A stretch of DNA of 64,000 nt from an uncultured Nitrospiraceae bacterium (GCA_963727805.1 CAVSHF010000003.1:1728001-1792000), one strand, 5' to 3'; shown: positions 40,846 through 51,553, numbered from the stretch's first letter. Notes: a model not told the origin generated them from the sequence alone. A program made the numbers and translations.

Positions 40846-43473
40846 ATGGATATCATCACTTCTCACATCAACGCCGACTTTGATTCGCTCGCCTGTGCGA
40901 TTGCAGCCCAAAAGCTCTATCCCGAGGCGACGATTGTATTTCCGGGCTCAATGGAAAAGCGGGTAAGGGATTTTATAGAAATATTCAAGCCCGCCGACAT
41001 CAAGAGAGTAAAGGACATCCCTCTGAATGAGATAACAAGGCTCATCATCGTCGACACCAAGCACCCCGACCGGATAGGCACACTCAAGGAACTCCTTTCG
41101 AGGCCCGACATCACCGTACACATTTACGACCACCATTCCGTAACCCGCGATGATATAAAGGGGGCGGTCGAGATTCTGGATACTGTCGGGGCCGCCTCAA
41201 CCATTTTTACCGAGATTATACACAAGAAAAAGCTGCCAATCACGCCAATGGAGGCGACACTTCTGTGCCTTGGAATATACGAAGAAACGGGGTCACTCAT
41301 CTTCACCTCGACAACGCCGAGGGACCTCGAGGCGGTTGCATTCCTTCTAAAACGCGGTGCCAATCTAAATATCGTCTCCGATTTCCTTAAGGAGGAGATG
41401 AGCAGGGAAGCGGTTGCGCTCCTCAATGAACTCGTGCAATCGCTGAAAGAGGTCGTCATCCACGGCGTTCGTATACGCATCGGCAGGGGTACGATGGAAG
41501 GCTTCAGCGACGTTTCATACCTCGCCCACAAGATAATGGACATGGAAGACCTTGAAATGGACGCCCTGATGATTATGATCGGGATGGCTGACAAAATATT
41601 GATCGTTGCGCGGAGCAAGGTGCCCGAACTGAACGTCGCTCAGGCGCTCGCCGATTTCGGCGGAGGTGGCCATGCAACCGCCGCCTCGGCGACGATCAAG
41701 GACCTGCCCTTCGAGATCGCCGAAGAGAGGATCATCGAATCCCTCAACAAGAATATCCGGCCTATGAAGCTTGCTGTGGACGTCATGACATCGCCGGTTG
41801 TAGTTATCAAAGGAGATAGCAGGGTGAAAGAAGCCGAGGGGATGATGACCCGATACGGGGTCAACGTCCTGCCCGTTCTGAAGGATGATGTGTACAAAGG
41901 TATCATCACGAGGGAGGTTGTGGAGAAGGCCCTTTTCCACGGTTTCGGGAACAGCAGGTGCATTGACTTCGCAACAACCGATGCTATCACCGTGACGCCC
42001 GGGACATTCCTTTCAGAGATCGAGAAGACGATGATCGAGCACAACCAGAGATTTGTAGCGGTTATGGAGGACAAGAAGATCATAGGCGCCATTACAAGGA
42101 CCGATATCCTGAGATCACTCTATGAGGACGTGCTCAGAAAAAGTAGGATTTCGCTCGAGCAAGCCGTGCCCGGCGAAGGCTTTCATGGATTTGGGAGGAA
42201 TGTGGCGTCACTACTTAGGGACACTCTTCCCGATAACCTTTACGACTTTCTGGTTATGGCGGGCGACGTCGCGGATGACCTCAGTTACGGGGCTTACCTC
42301 GTCGGCGGTTGTGTGAGGGACATCATGAGAAGGGAGGCAAATCTTGATATCGACCTCGTTATTGAAGGAGATGGAATCGCTTTTGCAAAAAAGCTGGGAG
42401 ATAAGCTCGGCGCAAAAGTAACGATCCACGAGATGTTCGGCACAGCGGTCGTAAAAAAGGATGCCTTTAAACTAGATGTCGCTACGGCACGGACTGAGTA
42501 TTACGAATCACCCGCGGCACTCCCTAAGGTGGAAACCTCATCACTGAAACGGGACCTCTACCGCAGGGACTTCACCATCAATACCCTCGCGATTAAGCTT
42601 AATAAAAAGGACTTTGGGTATCTCATCGATTTTTTTGGCGGTCAGCGGGACCTTAAAGATAGGATCATAAGGGTGCTCCACAACCTGAGCTTCGTTGAAG
42701 ACCCCACGAGGGCATTCAGAGCAATACGGTTTTCAGAGCGTTTTGGCTTTAAGCTGACAAAGCACACGGAGAACCTTATTAAGCTTGCGGTCAAAATGAA
42801 CATCTTTGACAAGCTTGCAGGGACAAGGCTCTATGATGAACTGGCTCTAATCTTCGATGAAACTGACCCCCTCAAATCGCTGGAGAGTCTCGGAGAGTAC
42901 GACCTCCTCAAGGTGATCCATCCAAAACTCGCATTCACAACAGAACTCGAAGCTATTATGAAATCTGTCCACAACACGATCTCGTGGTTCGATCTCCTGT
43001 TTCTCGAAGAGAGATATGATAAGGGACTGCTGTACATCATGGCCCTCCTGAATGGCCTCAACAGGGACGAGCGAGAAGCGGCTCTGAACCGGCTTTCAGT
43101 TGCCGAAAGGACAAGAAGCCTCATTCAGCAGGGATTTCAGTCTGCGGCCAAGATATCGAGGAACCTCATACCGGGTAATCCGGTCATGACATACCATCTA
43201 CTCGCTGAATGCGATATCGAGGCCATGCTGTTCAGCATGGCACACCTGCAGGATAGTGAAAAGAAGAAAGCGATATCCCATTTCCTACGCGAACTGAGAA
43301 CGGTAAAACCACTCATCAAGGGTGCGGATCTCAAGGCCCTCGGAATCCCGCCGGGGCCGCTTTACTCAAAGATATTAGCGGATGTGCTGAACGAAAAACT
43401 TATAAAGAAATTACCCACGAAAGAGGATGAGATCGATTTCGTTAAAACAAAATTGGCTGAATTTTTACAGTAA
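40846..43473 (+). CDS. DHH-CBS-poly(A)-polymerase-family tRNA nucleotidyltransferase (A-adding/CCA type)
   Basis: HINADFD, DHH, GGGHATAA, paired CBS domains, VGGCVRD, DIDLV, ARTEYY, DLYRRDFTIN, EDPTR. Confidence 0.92.
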   Translation: MDIITSHINADFDSLACAIAAQKLYPEATIVFPGSMEKRVRDFIEIFKPADIKRVKDIPLNEITRLIIVDTKHPDRIGTLKELLSRPDITVHIYDHHSVTRDDIKGAVEILDTVGAASTIFTEIIHKKKLPITPMEATLLCLGIYEETGSLIFTSTTPRDLEAVAFLLKRGANLNIVSDFLKEEMSREAVALLNELVQSLKEVVIHGVRIRIGRGTMEGFSDVSYLAHKIMDMEDLEMDALMIMIGMADKILIVARSKVPELNVAQALADFGGGGHATAASATIKDLPFEIAEERIIESLNKNIRPMKLAVDVMTSPVVVIKGDSRVKEAEGMMTRYGVNVLPVLKDDVYKGIITREVVEKALFHGFGNSRCIDFATTDAITVTPGTFLSEIEKTMIEHNQRFVAVMEDKKIIGAITRTDILRSLYEDVLRKSRISLEQAVPGEGFHGFGRNVASLLRDTLPDNLYDFLVMAGDVADDLSYGAYLVGGCVRDIMRREANLDIDLVIEGDGIAFAKKLGDKLGAKVTIHEMFGTAVVKKDAFKLDVATARTEYYESPAALPKVETSSLKRDLYRRDFTINTLAIKLNKKDFGYLIDFFGGQRDLKDRIIRVLHNLSFVEDPTRAFRAIRFSERFGFKLTKHTENLIKLAVKMNIFDKLAGTRLYDELALIFDETDPLKSLESLGEYDLLKVIHPKLAFTTELEAIMKSVHNTISWFDLLFLEERYDKGLLYIMALLNGLNRDEREAALNRLSVAERTRSLIQQGFQSAAKISRNLIPGNPVMTYHLLAECDIEAMLFSMAHLQDSEKKKAISHFLRELRTVKPLIKGADLKALGIPPGPLYSKILADVLNEKLIKKLPTKEDEIDFVKTKLAEFLQ

Positions 43474-43922
43474 GCGCCATAGTATAGCAGGAGAAAAACT
43501 ATACAGGTTTATTTACAAGATTGAATGCAGCGTGATTTCTATAAGTCAGATAATTATAGCAAAAGTTGACGGCTACGGGATCAAGATGTAAGTGGCTATA
43601 CATTGGACTCGGGCTGTAAGGGAATAAGGGAATGGGGTCAACCTTTTGATATCATTTTTACGACTCTCTCCTCTCAAGCAAACAACGGTAACTGCAGAAA
43701 TCTATCACATATTTTCTACGCATATTTAAGAAAGTTAAGGGGAACAGATTTTAACCAGATTATTTCGGAAATACGCGAAGTCGGCAACATCGCGCAAGTA
43801 CGGACAAGTATGCATTACCGAGTTTTTTCAAAGCAGTTTATCGATTTTTCCCCAGTCACCCGTTGACAGGTAAATCTTTACTTATGTCCTTCGGCAACTA
43901 GCCGTTGTTTCTTTAACGAAAC

Positions 43923-46277
43923 CTAATCCTGCACAGAGTCAAACATTCTCGATCCAACCGGTTTTTTAGAGTCCCCGAGCACCTTTGAATCTGACTGATG
44001 GGGAGAAATCTGCCTTAAAAGTGAACCCCGGCCTGTATAATCGGTCGGATTAGAGCCTTCCTTGAAATACTCATCGAAAGTTGAAGAACCCTCCGCAAAG
44101 GAATCTGCAAGAAGTCCCGTCGATGCATCAATACGGACTTTGACAACACCCTGCGGCATGCCGAAATCGGGCGCAGGCTCACTGGTTAGGACATTTCTCA
44201 TGAAACGCTGCCAGATAGGGGCGGCTGCCCTTCCACCGACCTCGCCGCGCCCAAGAGAGCGCCGCATATCGTCAAATCCTACCCATACGCCAGCCGCAAG
44301 CTCCGGTGTGTATCCCACAAACCAGGCATCTTTATAATCGTTGCTCGTACCCGTTTTCCCAGCAGCTGGCCTTCCGATATTCGCTCTCATGCCTGTTCCA
44401 TATCTGATGACATCCTCCATCATGGAGGTGATCAGGAATGAGCCTGCAGGAGTGAGTACTGGAGTACCTTCAGGCTGGTTGCTCTCGAGGATTGCTCCCC
44501 TCGCATCAGTGACATATTTAATCGAAATGGGCCTCATCTTCGTGCCAGCGTTTGCAAAGGCTGCAAAAGCAGAAGTGAGCTCAAGTGGTGTTACACTTGT
44601 TGATCCAAGAGCGATCGTAAGGTTTCGAGGCATCGTTCCTTGGATGCCTAGGTTCCTGGCGAGTTCTATAACTCGGTCGACTCCAATAGCCTCGACGAGC
44701 TTGATGGTGACGATATTTCTTGAATAGGCAAGGGCCTCCCTCAGCCGCGTCGGCCCCATATATTTGCGATCGTAGTTTTCAGGCTTCCAGTCCCCGGCAG
44801 CTCCTCCAGGATAAGTTACCGGTTCGTCAACCACGATGCTTGCAGGCGTATAGCCATGCTCAAGCGCGGCCGCGTATATGATCGGCTTTAATGAAGAGCC
44901 TGGTTGCCGCTGGGCCAGTACAGCCCTGTTGAACTCGCTCCTGGTAAAGCTGAATCCGCCGACAAGGGCGCGTATATAGCCTGTAGAAGGGTCAACCGCG
45001 ACGACGGCACCTTCGACCTCAGGCTCCTGTTCAAGGCTGAACGTTATATTCTTACCCGAGATGGTCTTGAATCTCATAAGTGCGATATCGCCTTTTTTCA
45101 AGATATCGGTGAGCTTGAAACTTTTTATGGCCCGCGGTTTACCAGATGATTTATCGATAATATTTGCGGCCCAGAGCGCATCGTTCAGCAGCAACTTACC
45201 GGTAATGCCCCGGCTCTTAACAACTGCCTCCTTTGGATTGATTGACATCACAACACCCGTTGAAATGTCTCCTACGGATGCAGCAAACGATACGATCTTC
45301 TCATCATTTTTATCCTTTATGTCTTTGTGCCCAATGGGGCCACGCCATCCCCTTCTCTTATCAACGTCCCTCAATCCGTCCTGAAGTGCGTTCTGTGCCT
45401 GGACCTGAGCGTTCTTGTCGACAGTTGTATGAACTCTCAAATTGCCTTTGTAGACCATGTCTTCGCCATACTTTGCAACAAGATTCTGCTTTACATAATC
45501 GATAAAATAATTATACGTCTCGGCGGTTGTCCTCATATGAGAAAGCGCAAGGGGCTCTCTTTTCGCCGCCTCAGCCGCAGCCGGCCTCAAATATCCTTCC
45601 TCCACCATTCTCGAAAGCACAACGGCCTGCCGCTCCTTGGCCTTGACAAGGTCGTTAAAAGGCGAATAGGTGGTTGGCCCTTTTGTCAGACCGGCGATCA
45701 TTGCCGCCTCGGCGACACTTATTTGCCTTACCGACTTCCCGAAGTAGGTTTTCGATGCCATTTCGACTCCATACGCGCCATGTCCGAAATAGACCCGGTT
45801 CAGATAAAGCTCGAGGATCTCGTTTTTTGTAAGTTCCTTTTCGATCTGGAGGGCGAGCTGGGCCTCCTTTATCTTACGGGCAAGGGTCTTTTCAGATGAG
45901 AGGAAGACGACCTTTGCGAGTTGCTGGGTGATAGTGCTGCCGCCCTCCCTCAGACTGAGATGAAGCATGTCCTTGACGAGTGCCCTGCCGATGCCAATGT
46001 AATCAATACCGCTGTGTTTCCAGAAGCGGGAGTCCTCGACGGCAACGACGGCGTTCTTCAGGCTATCGGGCATCTGGTTCAATGGAACATAGGTGCCCTT
46101 TTGGAGCTTGATCTCTCCGATCAGCGTATCGTCGTCAGCATAAATCTTTGTTCCCACAGAGGAATCCTGCTTTTTAAGCTCCTCGATGGAAGGAATTCCC
46201 GAAGCAAGGGCAAAATAGGCACCGACGAGCGAGCCGAGGAGAAGGACCGCCGCGATGAGGATAACTTTCGAACGCAT
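43923..46277 (-). CDS. mrcA: Penicillin-binding protein 1A
   Basis: EDSRF, GGSTITQQL, RK..E (transglycosylase); SSLK, SRN, KTGT (transpeptidase). Confidence 0.92.
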   Translation of the reverse strand: MRSKVILIAAVLLLGSLVGAYFALASGIPSIEELKKQDSSVGTKIYADDDTLIGEIKLQKGTYVPLNQMPDSLKNAVVAVEDSRFWKHSGIDYIGIGRALVKDMLHLSLREGGSTITQQLAKVVFLSSEKTLARKIKEAQLALQIEKELTKNEILELYLNRVYFGHGAYGVEMASKTYFGKSVRQISVAEAAMIAGLTKGPTTYSPFNDLVKAKERQAVVLSRMVEEGYLRPAAAEAAKREPLALSHMRTTAETYNYFIDYVKQNLVAKYGEDMVYKGNLRVHTTVDKNAQVQAQNALQDGLRDVDKRRGWRGPIGHKDIKDKNDEKIVSFAASVGDISTGVVMSINPKEAVVKSRGITGKLLLNDALWAANIIDKSSGKPRAIKSFKLTDILKKGDIALMRFKTISGKNITFSLEQEPEVEGAVVAVDPSTGYIRALVGGFSFTRSEFNRAVLAQRQPGSSLKPIIYAAALEHGYTPASIVVDEPVTYPGGAAGDWKPENYDRKYMGPTRLREALAYSRNIVTIKLVEAIGVDRVIELARNLGIQGTMPRNLTIALGSTSVTPLELTSAFAAFANAGTKMRPISIKYVTDARGAILESNQPEGTPVLTPAGSFLITSMMEDVIRYGTGMRANIGRPAAGKTGTSNDYKDAWFVGYTPELAAGVWVGFDDMRRSLGRGEVGGRAAAPIWQRFMRNVLTSEPAPDFGMPQGVVKVRIDASTGLLADSFAEGSSTFDEYFKEGSNPTDYTGRGSLLRQISPHQSDSKVLGDSKKPVGSRMFDSVQD

Positions 46278-46362
46278 ATATTATTATAAACAGGACAATT
46301 CTAAATTTACAACGACGATAGGTAGTGGCAAGGAGCTAGAAATATGATTTAACCTAAGCAAT

Positions 46363-46512
46363 TATATACCCAAAGGCTCATGGACTCTTGAATACACCAT
46401 TAGGCTGAACAACGAAGGCACCTTTATCCTTCCTGAAACAACAGTTGAGGCGCTCTATGCACCCGAGATGTTCGGCGTCATTCCAAACGGGAGGATTGAA
46501 ATCAAAAGATAG
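46363..46512 (+). pseudogene. C-terminal remnant of a bacterial alpha-2-macroglobulin gene
   Basis: Start-less 49-codon frame YIPKGSWTLEYTIRLNNEGTFILPETTVEALYAPEMFGVIPNGRIEIKR*, resembling the A2M C-terminal G.F.LP...VEAMY.PE motif. Confidence 0.75.
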
Positions 46513-46577
46513 AATAGTGCAGTAACGCGCAGGCACGGCGGCTTCGCACTGCGGGCCGCCGTCATCAAACCGGCCGG

Positions 46578-46763
46578 TTATTCCGTGACGATCCCTTCAG
46601 GGACTGACTCTTCGGGTAGCGTACCTTCAGCGACGGTACTTTCAGTTCCCTGATGTGTGGCTGTATCCTTTTTTAGACGTTTCTGTCTTTTCTCTTCCTG
46701 CTTTTTTAGACGCATCACTTCTTTTTTCCTCTTCTCGCTTTTAAATGCACCTTGTCTTGCCAA
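46578..46763 (-). CDS. Small Lys/Arg-rich hypothetical protein
   Basis: TTG start after GAGGAGG; basic helix followed by an acidic tail; hairpin ACGGCGGC...GCCGCCGT downstream. Confidence 0.65.
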   Translation of the reverse strand: MARQGAFKSEKRKKEVMRLKKQEEKRQKRLKKDTATHQGTESTVAEGTLPEESVPEGIVTE

Positions 46764-46999
46764 GCGATCCTCCTCATATTGATATTTCTTAAATTATATC
46801 ATGTGATTATATCACGGACGATATGGTGACTGCGAATTTCACCCTGTTGTCCTCCTCACTGCGTTGTCCAAAGTCGTCTTCGTCATGCATTATGGCCGTA
46901 TAATAAACACCACTCTAAAAAAGGAGCAATTGCTTTTTTACTCTCTATAATGTCATAATTATACTCGAAATGTTGTAATGTTTTAGTGTGCGAGGAGAT

Positions 47000-47038
47000 A
47001 TGACCACAAAGGATAAATACTTTGTGGCTTTTTTTTAG
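47000..47038 (+). promoter_or_regulatory. Putative leader peptide overlapping an intrinsic terminator (attenuator-like)
   Basis: GAGGAG followed by ATG gives MTTKDKYFVAFF*, superimposed on CCACAAAG-N8-CTTTGTGG-C-T8. Confidence 0.45.
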
Positions 47039-47082
47039 CGATGTTGGACTTTCTTACGCCGTAGCCTTCAGATGAGGAGCGC

Positions 47083-47478
47083 ATGGTAAACAGACATAAG
47101 TACGCCGCAAAAATGGATCAGAAAAAACAGAACAGGCTCATTGCTGGTGTGGTCCAGGATCGTTTCCCTGAAGTTTCCGGCATTGTCATTAATATGACCT
47201 ATTATCAGCAGGGAGCAAATCCCATCCTAATGGAACGCACGGTCAATATCTTTCCGTCTTCCGATGCTTATTTCAAGATGGATTGTATGATAAAAGGCTG
47301 CGATGGCGGCGGATTTGACCTTACCCCTGTTATTGACGGCATGGCAAAAACACGCAAGCATGTCAAAAAAGGAGCACTCGTTTGCAATGGGAATACCGAT
47401 GTAGCTTCTGACCATGCAAGTGTCGATTATGAAATTGTAATTCAGTATAAAAAGCGTCTCGATAAGCGCTCTCTATAA
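47083..47478 (+). CDS. Hypothetical protein with Cys/His cluster
   Basis: RBS GAGGAG; DCMIKGCDGGGFDL...VCNG...DH. Confidence 0.7.
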   Translation: MVNRHKYAAKMDQKKQNRLIAGVVQDRFPEVSGIVINMTYYQQGANPILMERTVNIFPSSDAYFKMDCMIKGCDGGGFDLTPVIDGMAKTRKHVKKGALVCNGNTDVASDHASVDYEIVIQYKKRLDKRSL

Positions 47479-47598
47479 CCAGTCCTCGCTACCGTATTTT
47501 GAGTGTTTTTTCCAGTTACACGGTTCAAAGTCCTCACTCAACCAGCACTATCAACACATCACACTCGTCCGCACTTCGTCCTTCGGACGTGTCCTATT

Positions 47599-49137
47599 TT
47601 ATTCCAGTACAAAAAAGGGTGCATGGTTTGAGGTAAAGAACGGAGGTGTTTTTTTCAGAATCGCGGATACGGCAGGGTGCCGCTTGAATTCACTATTGAG
47701 AAACTGCCTCACATGTTTTCGGTCCCATCCCTCAGGATGAGAGAAATCGGTATAAAGAGAGAGGTCTCCTTCGTAAAAATTGCTGATCTTGAGCATCTGT
47801 GCTTCGGGCACGCCGACAGGCATATTGAAAAGAGCAAGATTGAGAAAGTCGATTTCACCACAATGGCTTACAACAAATTCGAGGGTCTTGCGTGCTCCCG
47901 CGAGTGTCTCCTCAGGAGTACCAAAAAGCAGATAGACGCAGGCAGCTATACCCGCCCGCTTGAGGGTGTTAAGCGCCCGAGATGCTGTTTCGAGATCGAT
48001 CCCTTTCTGCATCCTGTCAAGCACGGCCTGATCTCCCGATTCTATGCCAAGCTTGAGCATCGCACATCCTGAGTGTTTCAGCGCCGTGCAGAAGTCGATG
48101 TCCGTCAACTCCCTTTCGAGTCTTACAAATCCGAACCATGGAGCACCTGGGGGATTATCTATCAGTGAATTCAGGAACGCAAGGCTGATCGAGTTATCCA
48201 GAAAATGGATCAGCGACGGCCGCATGCTCTTCACGAGGGAGGACAGGTCGTTCATTGCCTGCTTACCGCTAACCGGCACCCAGGCACTGCCTTCAGCCTT
48301 TTCGGGACAGAATGAGCATTTTTTCCAAATGCAGCCGCTCGACCCGCTATAGGGCAGTATCACACCCGGAGACAGATACTCGCTAAGAGGGAGGGAGTCA
48401 TAATTCGGCGTATAGTCTTTCTCCGGTTTTTCATGCATGCCCGCCAGCTCAAGCAATGCAGCCTCCCCCGGCCCTTCAACGAAGTGATCGACCAGCCCGG
48501 AAAATGGATGGTCAACGGGATTGTCCCGACCTGGTCGCCTTAACCATGAAGTGACCAGCCCACCTCCGCAAATCAGGACTAATCCCGGATACTCCCGTCG
48601 CAGAAATCCGAGCATTGCAAAGGTACATAATGCCTGGCTCAAATATGTCAGCGAGAACCCGACAATTGATGGCTCCTCTCGTTTCATAAGCTCAATCAAG
48701 CGCCGCTTGAAGTATGGGTAGAATGGATTGAGCTCGTAATGCTTCGCAGCGTGGATAAGGTCAGCGCTCCTTAATGGTGAGAGCTCATTATGCTGATAAT
48801 TCGCAAGACTCACCGTCTCGCTCCTTCCCATAACGGATGATTCAAAGACCCTGTTTACGTCCATGACTGTCCGCCTGTAACGATCAATTGAGCGATAGGT
48901 TTCCCGGTCTCTTAACGCGTCAAGATTTCGCAGGAAATTCCTTGTAGCCCTACCAGTCCAGGTGTCATGAACGCCGTTGGTATTGACCCTAGCGGAATCC
49001 ATGAGAAACAGAACCCCTTCGAGATTCGCATCGATGATTGTGTTCTTTATCCCGTGATATTTTAGAGCACCCGAAAGCTTTGCAATACCGGCAGGCGGCT
49101 CACATGGTTTGGCAACAGGAGGATAGATGAGGATCAC
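47599..49137 (-). CDS. Radical SAM protein with B12-binding-like N-terminal region
   Basis: CIWKKCSFC (CxxxCxxC), GIESGDQAVLDRMQKG, LFGTPEET; N-terminal PP...PPAG...DANL. Confidence 0.85.
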   Translation of the reverse strand: MILIYPPVAKPCEPPAGIAKLSGALKYHGIKNTIIDANLEGVLFLMDSARVNTNGVHDTWTGRATRNFLRNLDALRDRETYRSIDRYRRTVMDVNRVFESSVMGRSETVSLANYQHNELSPLRSADLIHAAKHYELNPFYPYFKRRLIELMKREEPSIVGFSLTYLSQALCTFAMLGFLRREYPGLVLICGGGLVTSWLRRPGRDNPVDHPFSGLVDHFVEGPGEAALLELAGMHEKPEKDYTPNYDSLPLSEYLSPGVILPYSGSSGCIWKKCSFCPEKAEGSAWVPVSGKQAMNDLSSLVKSMRPSLIHFLDNSISLAFLNSLIDNPPGAPWFGFVRLERELTDIDFCTALKHSGCAMLKLGIESGDQAVLDRMQKGIDLETASRALNTLKRAGIAACVYLLFGTPEETLAGARKTLEFVVSHCGEIDFLNLALFNMPVGVPEAQMLKISNFYEGDLSLYTDFSHPEGWDRKHVRQFLNSEFKRHPAVSAILKKTPPFFTSNHAPFFVLE

Positions 49138-49294
49138 AATCCAGCCAATGTGTATCTGTCAGGAATAATAGCGAGAGGGGGAATAAATGTCATTTATTAT
49201 TTAAACATAACAGAAGGGATAGTTCCAGCCTCACACAATAGCCGCGCCATACCCGCACCGCTTATAGCCGAGGTGAATATTATATAATAATGTT

Positions 49295-49810
49295 ATGACT
49301 CACCCACCATCCAATATTGTATTAATTGGTATGCCCGGCTCCGGCAAGAGTACGGTCGGAGTCATCATGGCGAAATTGGCGTCGCTGAATTTCATCGACA
49401 CAGACATCCTCATCCAAAGAGTCGCGGGAAAGCCACTTCAAGAGATTGTTGATACTGACGGATACCTGGCTTTACGAAAAATAGAAGAGGATGTCCTTCT
49501 AAAACTTTACTGCCGTGACCATGTGATCGCGACAGGTGGCAGCGCTGTATACAGCCCGGCGGCGATGGAGCATTTGCGAGCGGATGGACTTATCGTCTTC
49601 CTGGATGTTGAGATTGCAACGTTGCTGTCACGCATCCGCGACTATGAAACAAGGGGATTGGCAAAGCGCCCTGACCAGACCCTCGAAGAATTATTCTGCG
49701 AGCGTTTGATTCTGTACCGCAAGTATGCCGACGTGACGATTAGTTGTGCGGGACTAACACAGGATGAAGTCTCTGCAACAATCATCAAAGAATTACTAAG
49801 GAGGCCATAA
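49295..49810 (+). CDS. aroK: Shikimate kinase (last codons replaced by IS630)
   Basis: GMPGSGKSTVG, DTD, ATGGS, ER...Y. Confidence 0.85.
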   Translation: MTHPPSNIVLIGMPGSGKSTVGVIMAKLASLNFIDTDILIQRVAGKPLQEIVDTDGYLALRKIEEDVLLKLYCRDHVIATGGSAVYSPAAMEHLRADGLIVFLDVEIATLLSRIRDYETRGLAKRPDQTLEELFCERLILYRKYADVTISCAGLTQDEVSATIIKELLRRP

Positions 49811-50890
49811 GTAAAGCCCCGTTTAAGCTGCATATCGAACATTCGGCTCCTTAAAGAATGCACAGACTTTCTCTGGATTCCGTTGCAGAAGCCGGAGGTG
49901 GCCGCGAACTTTCATCCCGAGATCATCTGGGCCTTTCACCGAAGAACGACTCACTCTCCGCTTAACACTATTCCATACCAGCTCATCAGGGTTGAGTTCC
50001 GGTGAGTACGGTGGCAAAAAGAACAGCTGCAATTTCCCCTTTAGTGTCTCCACAAACTTCTTAACCATTGATGATCTGTGCACCGGATGACTGTCCAGAA
50101 TCAGAAATACGCTATTATCAACATTGTGCATCAGACGCTTGAGAAACTCACAGAATACCGTTGCGTTTATCTTTCCCGTATGAGTCATGAACCGTATTTT
50201 GCCTTTCGCTGTAATGGCGGACAGCATATTCATTGAAAAACGGGCTCCTGTCGTTGCAATGATCGGGGTATCTCCGCGTAATCCCCACGTTGTGCCACGG
50301 TGGTAATCAGACCGCATCCCTGCCTCGTCTCCGAAATATATTTCTGCCTTAATCTTCTTTGCCTTTGCCCTGATCTTCGGATAATCCTGCTCAACCCATT
50401 GTTGCACAAGAACCCCGTCTTGCTGAAAAGCCCTCATCAAAGGCTTCTGACAGCTTAACCCCAGTTTCTTCAAGAGTCTCCCGACAGAGGTGATACTTAG
50501 CTTGATCCTGTATTTTCTCTTAATCAACTCTTTGACCATTTCCCGCGTCCACAAGGCATAAGGAAACTGCAATTGCAGAGGGTTCTTTGTCGTAACAGTC
50601 CTGAATATCCAGCGCAGTTGACTTCCCGTTAGCGTTAACGGTCTCCCCGAAAGAACCCTCGCCCTCAGCGCCTCTACGCCACCTTCTCGATATTTCGCTA
50701 TCCATTTGTAGATGCAGCGTCGGTTCATCCCCAAGGCCCTAATTACCACCTCAGGGCTCTCCCCTGCCTCAACCTGTTTGACTGCCCTAATTCGAATCGC
50801 CTCTAAAACCTCATGTCTGAGTTTCCTGCCATCAGTGGTATTCATGCATACTAGTATACCATAATGAGGCCTTACTTATGCACTACTTAG
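49796..50890 (-). mobile_element. IS630-family insertion sequence, 1095 bp, flanked by TA duplication
   Basis: 28-bp terminal inverted repeats match at 22/28 positions (CTAAGGAGGCCATAAGTAAAGCCCCGTT vs CTAAGTAGTGCATAAGTAAGGCCTCATT); TA at 49794-49795 and 50891-50892. Confidence 0.92.
49823..50845 (-). CDS. IS630 family transposase
   Basis: N-terminal HTH, FGDEAG, ILDSHPVH, LPPYSPELNPDELVW (DDE); single intact ORF. Confidence 0.95.
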   Translation of the reverse strand: MNTTDGRKLRHEVLEAIRIRAVKQVEAGESPEVVIRALGMNRRCIYKWIAKYREGGVEALRARVLSGRPLTLTGSQLRWIFRTVTTKNPLQLQFPYALWTREMVKELIKRKYRIKLSITSVGRLLKKLGLSCQKPLMRAFQQDGVLVQQWVEQDYPKIRAKAKKIKAEIYFGDEAGMRSDYHRGTTWGLRGDTPIIATTGARFSMNMLSAITAKGKIRFMTHTGKINATVFCEFLKRLMHNVDNSVFLILDSHPVHRSSMVKKFVETLKGKLQLFFLPPYSPELNPDELVWNSVKRRVSRSSVKGPDDLGMKVRGHLRLLQRNPEKVCAFFKEPNVRYAA

Positions 50891-50950
50891 TAAGTGCGCG
50901 AAAACACACTTCGCCTTGAACTCAGTGATATCTTTGCTATACTTAAAAGT

Positions 50951-51553
50951 ATGATGAAAAAATACGTTTTCCTAATCCTTGTTGGCATGTTGCTCCCAGC
51001 ATTCATCGCTTTAGCAGCCTGCTCTCAGACACCTGATAAGGCGGCAACAAAGACCGGTACCGAAGCATCATCCGCTGTATCAATGAAGGATGCTGCACAG
51101 GACCCCTGGAGGACATACGTGAAGCCATCGAAAGAGGAATTGAAAAAGAAACTTACCCCTATGCAGTACGAGGTAACCCAGAACGAAGGCACGGAGCCGC
51201 CATACAAAAATGAATATTGGAACAATAAGAAAGAGGGCATCTACGTCGATATCGTGTCCGGAGAGCCCCTGTACAGTTCGCTTGACAAATATGACTCAGG
51301 CACTGGCTGGCCCAGCTTCACAAAACCGCTCGAGTTGGGCAATATCGTCGAAAAAAAGGACCGAAAGCTATTCACAACGAGGACGGAAGTGCGGAGCAGA
51401 CAAGGTGATTCGCACATCGGCCATGTTTTCCCTGATGGGCCTAAACCAACGGGCCTGCGGTATTGCATGAACTCTGCAGCCCTTCGTTTCATCCCGAAAG
51501 AAGACCTAGAAAAGGAAGGCTACGGACAGTATTTGAAGCTCTTTCAGAAATAA
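50951..51553 (+). CDS. msrB: Peptide-methionine (R)-S-oxide reductase, lipoprotein
   Basis: [37 protein letters not shown]; lipobox LAAC. Confidence 0.93.
   Translation: MMKKYVFLILVGMLLPAFIALAACSQTPDKAATKTGTEASSAVSMKDAAQDPWRTYVKPSKEELKKKLTPMQYEVTQNEGTEPPYKNEYWNNKKEGIYVDIVSGEPLYSSLDKYDSGTGWPSFTKPLELGNIVEKKDRKLFTTRTEVRSRQGDSHIGHVFPDGPKPTGLRYCMNSAALRFIPKEDLEKEGYGQYLKLFQK

Noticed and set aside
50894..50950. N-terminal extension of MsrB from the GTG at 50894
   Set aside because: Overlaps the displaced aroK tail and the likely promoter; the signal peptide starts at ATG 50951.
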